This document shows, one piece after another, positions 61,108 through 64,000 of a DNA stretch of 64,000 nt; position 1 is the first letter of the stretch; each line of letters starts with the position of its first letter. This DNA comes from Sedimentisphaerales bacterium (GTDB lineage: Bacteria > Planctomycetota > Phycisphaerae > Sedimentisphaerales > Anaerobacaceae). The translations under genes were made by a program, and so were the position numbers. Under the pieces are notes generated by a model. That model ran no database searches, was not told where the DNA came from, and saw only the letters and a program-made list of their open reading frames with translations. Location of the stretch: positions 256,001 to 320,000 of the forward strand of contig JAXGYC010000008.1 of the NCBI GenBank assembly GCA_040772485.1, in the 5' to 3' direction.

Positions 61108-61155
61108 AGACGATAGGCGCCTGCCTCCCTGGCGAATCCGCCCGGCCCGCCGACT

Positions 61156-61226
61156 ACAACATCCAGTGCAACACCCCCACCCAAAACCTCCTCGCCATGT
61201 TCCAGGCCCTCGGACGAAACCTGTAG
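61156..61226 (+). repeat. Direct repeat copy 2 (orphan URO-D 3' end)
   Basis: Encodes NIQCNTPTQNLLAMFQALGRNL*; its TAG overlaps a REP. Confidence 0.92.
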
Positions 61227-61318
61227 GGGCGAATGATTATTCGCCCTCACTGACGGGGCATACCCGTTTGTAGTGTCCCCGTAAGGGCATACCGTAGGGG
61301 CGAAGCATGCTTTGCCCT
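61223..61318 (+). repeat. Tandem REP cluster (A-B-A)
   Basis: GTAGGGGCGAATGATTATTCGCCCT; GTTTGTAGTGTCCCCGTAAGGGCATAC; GTAGGGGCGAAGCATGCTTTGCCCT. Confidence 0.82.
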
Positions 61319-61509
61319 CTCCGCCCGCGCACAGGTGCACTCGGAAGCCCTCCGTACGCATAGTCAACCAGCGTCTCACGACGCCACTACCCACACGAAC
61401 GCCGCGATTTTTCCTTTGCGCGCCACCTGTTCCTTCGCTATAGTGTCTTCCGGAAGACGATGCGGACCAACATGCGACAGATGACTAAGACACCAAGCGA
61501 CGAATCGCG

Positions 61510-61555
61510 GGCGAATCGGGCACAGCATAGTCAATTCAAGATCGAAATTGGCAAG
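61510..61555 (+). repeat. Direct repeat, left of the PEP-CTERM locus
   Basis: GGCGAATCGGGCACAGCATAGTCAATTCAAGATCGAAATTGGCAAG; matches 63462-63508. Confidence 0.8.
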
Positions 61556-61652
61556 GCGTCCCCGGAATTCAGTCCCGGAATTCAGTGAAAGACGTGGCGC
61601 AAACAGAATGATTGCCGTCAAATAGGAGGCTTTACATTAGGTGTTCTTTTCT

Positions 61653-61697
61653 AGAAGCGAAGGGCTGGGAGCCGAAGCTCACAGCCCTTCTTCTCTT
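61653..61697. terminator. Hairpin downstream of the PEP-CTERM gene, probable terminator
   Basis: GAAGGGCTG-GGAGC..GCTC-ACAGCCCTTC inverted repeat; weak T tracts. Confidence 0.5.
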
Positions 61698-61751
61698 CGT
61701 GTGTCGGAAACCTCACGGCGTCCCGGACCGGATCGCCGGTTGTGAAGGTCC

Positions 61752-62543
61752 CTATGCGCGTTTGCGCAATCTCACGCTTGCCGCGCCGAGGCCGAGAAGG
61801 CCCAGCAGAACCGCGCCCGGAACGGGAACGGGGATGAGGTAATTCTGGGCAAAGGCGATTTCAACAGGGCCTTCCGTGATCGTTGGATTGACCGCAAGAA
61901 GCCAGTTTTGAGATCCGGAGAAATCCGTCAGGTTTTTGGTCGCTGTCTTCATATCGTTATACATGGCAAGTGCGGGGACGTTATAGTTGGTTCCATCGGG
62001 GGGATTCCAATCCGCCCTGTCCGCACTCCTGAACAACCCGTCATACAGATTGAATTGATCTACGCCATCTTTGATGATTTCCCACATGACGAGCTGGGCT
62101 AATGCTTTGTCTGACTGACTCGGATCGCCTCCGGCCGTGTAGCCGTGATTGTCAGCAAGCCACGCCGCAGCCATGTAAGCTCTAGCATCAAGTCCGAAAT
62201 CGTCAAGCGAGCTGTCAACCGAGAGCAGCGTATAGGGCATTGGTGTGGTGGGGTTGTCCATCTCCACCTCGGTACAATAGACATCCCACTCCGAAGGGCC
62301 GCCGTTGATGCTCGCGGTGTAATTCAGGGACCAGGCGTGGTAACCGTCAGAGGCGCCTGACCCATCATATAGGGCACCTATCCACGTTACATAACCAAGC
62401 GGGTAGTTCCAGTAGTAATCACCCGTGCTACTGAGGTTTTCGCCCGTGTTCACAATGGTTGCCTGGCCGACAATGTCGGCATTCGCACAGACCGGGAGAA
62501 CGCACAGTACCGCAATCAGTGAAAAACTCATCAAGTTGTTCAT
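61752..62543 (-). CDS. Secreted surface protein with PEP-CTERM-like (VPVPGA) exosortase sorting signal
   Basis: Signal peptide; YCTE motif; C-terminus PVPVPGAVLLGLLGLGAASVRLRKRA; visibly more AT-rich than the core genes. Confidence 0.85.
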   Translation of the reverse strand: MNNLMSFSLIAVLCVLPVCANADIVGQATIVNTGENLSSTGDYYWNYPLGYVTWIGALYDGSGASDGYHAWSLNYTASINGGPSEWDVYCTEVEMDNPTTPMPYTLLSVDSSLDDFGLDARAYMAAAWLADNHGYTAGGDPSQSDKALAQLVMWEIIKDGVDQFNLYDGLFRSADRADWNPPDGTNYNVPALAMYNDMKTATKNLTDFSGSQNWLLAVNPTITEGPVEIAFAQNYLIPVPVPGAVLLGLLGLGAASVRLRKRA

Positions 62544-62625
62544 CACACCTTCTCCATTCCTTCGTCGTGTGTCTGTGACTTCACGAACACACGCTCTACC
62601 TGTTCACACATGAATTGTCCACTCG

Positions 62626-63327
62626 TTACGCGACAGAGGATTCACAGGTCGGCTGCGGAGGGGCGCGGGCGGCAAGGACAGCGGGCGTGGATTGCGAGCG
62701 GCCCTCCAGGGATGGTACGGTTCCGGCGCGGCAGCGCACCGGGAGTCTCTCGGGCGCAGCGTCCGGCTGGACGAAGCAGACCGCCGCCTCACAGAAGGCA
62801 TCGGGCCCCACCAGATGGCTGTGTCCGATCTGCGGCGGAGCGCCGCTGTGGTACCAGTCCGGGATATGGCCAGGGTGCAGTCTCCTGACCCACGAAGCCG
62901 ACCGGCACAGACCCAGGCTCATCAGGGCATACAGACACAAGTCGAAGCTGCTGTGGCCGTCCGTCAGGACGATCGCACCTGCCGGATCGCATTCGTCCGG
63001 TTCGGCGTCCTCGGCGATGTCAGAGAGTCCACCGAGGCACCGCGCGAAGATGTCGCCGGCAACAGCGGCATCGTCGCGGAGTACGAGGAGGGAGTATATC
63101 CCTAATTCATCGTCGCCCAAGAAGGCTGACGCACCCGAGCCGGCCCCGCCCAGGCCATCGGCTGTTCGATGGGCGGCCACAGGCGCCAGAGGTGCGGTTG
63201 CCGGAGCGCAGACAGGTATCATGTCCGCGCAGAGTCCTCTTTGCCCGAGCGCTACAAAAATGACTGTGAAGAATGTGATCCGGCTCATCAGGGTCACCAC
63301 CCCACACTCAGCACCAGTGCTGCTCAT
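62626..63327 (-). CDS. Hypothetical protein upstream of the PEP-CTERM gene
   Basis: Signal-like N-terminus (probable start MSRITFF); internal hydrophobic helix followed by WVRRLH...IPDWYHSGAPPQIGH. Confidence 0.6.
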   Translation of the reverse strand: MSSTGAECGVVTLMSRITFFTVIFVALGQRGLCADMIPVCAPATAPLAPVAAHRTADGLGGAGSGASAFLGDDELGIYSLLVLRDDAAVAGDIFARCLGGLSDIAEDAEPDECDPAGAIVLTDGHSSFDLCLYALMSLGLCRSASWVRRLHPGHIPDWYHSGAPPQIGHSHLVGPDAFCEAAVCFVQPDAAPERLPVRCRAGTVPSLEGRSQSTPAVLAARAPPQPTCESSVA

Positions 63328-63461
63328 TTGGATGTGGTGCTATAGGAAATCTGCAGTCAATTCTACCGGAGTATATGGGCAAGATCAAGAATAATCCCGC
63401 GAAGAATCTGTCGGCATACACCGCGTTTTCCCATGTGAATACCGGGCAATTAAGGACACCC

Positions 63462-63508
63462 GGCGAATCGGGGGACACCATACTCAATTCAAGATCCAAA
63501 TTGGCAAG
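63462..63508 (+). repeat. Direct repeat, right of the PEP-CTERM locus
   Basis: GGCGAATCGGGGGACACCATACTCAATTCAAGATCCAAATTGGCAAG. Confidence 0.8.
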
Positions 63509-63546
63509 TAATACAGATTAGGAAAAGTCCTTGCGCGGAAGTGACT

Positions 63547-63662
63547 TTGTCATCCCTTCGACAAGCTCAGGGCAGGCTCTGAGCCTCGCGAAGGATCCGG
63601 TCATGGTATGAGACGCTCTTCTCATTCGTCGCCCAGATCCTTCACTTCGTTCAGGACGACAA
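63547..63662. repeat. MITE-like palindromic element
   Basis: TTGTCATCC...GGACGACAA ends; CCTTCGACAAGCTCAGGGCAGGCTCTGAGC core. Confidence 0.7.
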
Positions 63663-63886
63663 GGCGGAGCGCACGAATAAATCCCAATCCGTATAAATAG
63701 AGAAGAAGCTCGTCCGTGAGCTGCGCCGGTGAAGGCGGCACCGTCCCTGGTGGCGATTAGAAACTCTGATTCTGTCGGCTTCGTGTCGACAGAGCTCGAC
63801 CGCTCTTGTCATCACCCACACTGGAACTGAAACCTGCCTGAAGCCACTTTCGGAATGGCCCGCCTCCCTGCATGCCATCTGCGTAA

Positions 63887-63915
63887 ATCATACGCGATCG
63901 CTTGTTGCCGGTCAA
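63887..63915 (-). promoter_or_regulatory. sigma70-type promoter pointing toward the PEP-CTERM locus
   Basis: TTGACC-N17-TATGAT. Confidence 0.55.
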
Positions 63916-64000
63916 TATTCACAGCGCCGTTTTGAGACGCATTCGGTGTGGTTTTCTTCGATGTTTGGAACCATCAGTGATATAGGCCGCAACGACTACC

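Noticed and set aside
39536..61318. Repeated palindromes considered as a CRISPR array
   Set aside because: Dispersed, no regular repeat-spacer period, no cas genes; they fit REP elements
63820..63880. GAAA-loop hairpin after the 63887-63915 promoter considered as a c-di-GMP riboswitch
   Set aside because: Lacks the GCAAA and second-stem consensus of the class I aptamer; cannot be supported without a covariance-model search

Overview
GC-rich bacterial chromosome segment. It most likely comes from a Planctomycetota (Phycisphaerae/Sedimentisphaerales-like) organism; this is inferred from protein signatures, not from a search. Bases 1-26,000 (minus strand) hold the core translation/transcription supercluster: tRNA-Thr(GGT)-tuf-rpmG-tRNA-Trp-secE-nusG-rplKAJL-rpoBC-rpsLG-fusA, then a separately promoted S10-spc run (rpsJ...rplF, rplR partial). 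The rest mixes housekeeping and metabolic genes (xerD, galE-hexokinase-NagB/PIG-L fusion, cspA, sulfatase, SDR, larE, der, cstA, cdaA-cdaR, URO-D family) with small accessory modules and many REP/MITE-like intergenic repeats. The most striking observations are: (1) ribosomal protein uL22 carries an N-terminal XRE/Cro-like helix-turn-helix domain; (2) the S10 operon has a ~410-nt structured leader with CsrA-type GGA hairpins; (3) an MntA-HepT toxin-antitoxin pair is bracketed by a 71-bp duplication of the 3' end of the upstream gene; (4) there are two further small-protein + nucleotidyltransferase pairs and an uncharacterised three-gene cassette; (5) an in-frame TAG cuts the signal peptide off an EEP hydrolase; (6) an intrinsic terminator separates rpsG from a divergent fusA; (7) a PEP-CTERM-type locus is flanked by ~46-bp direct repeats. 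All calls are from manual motif reading; no searches were run.
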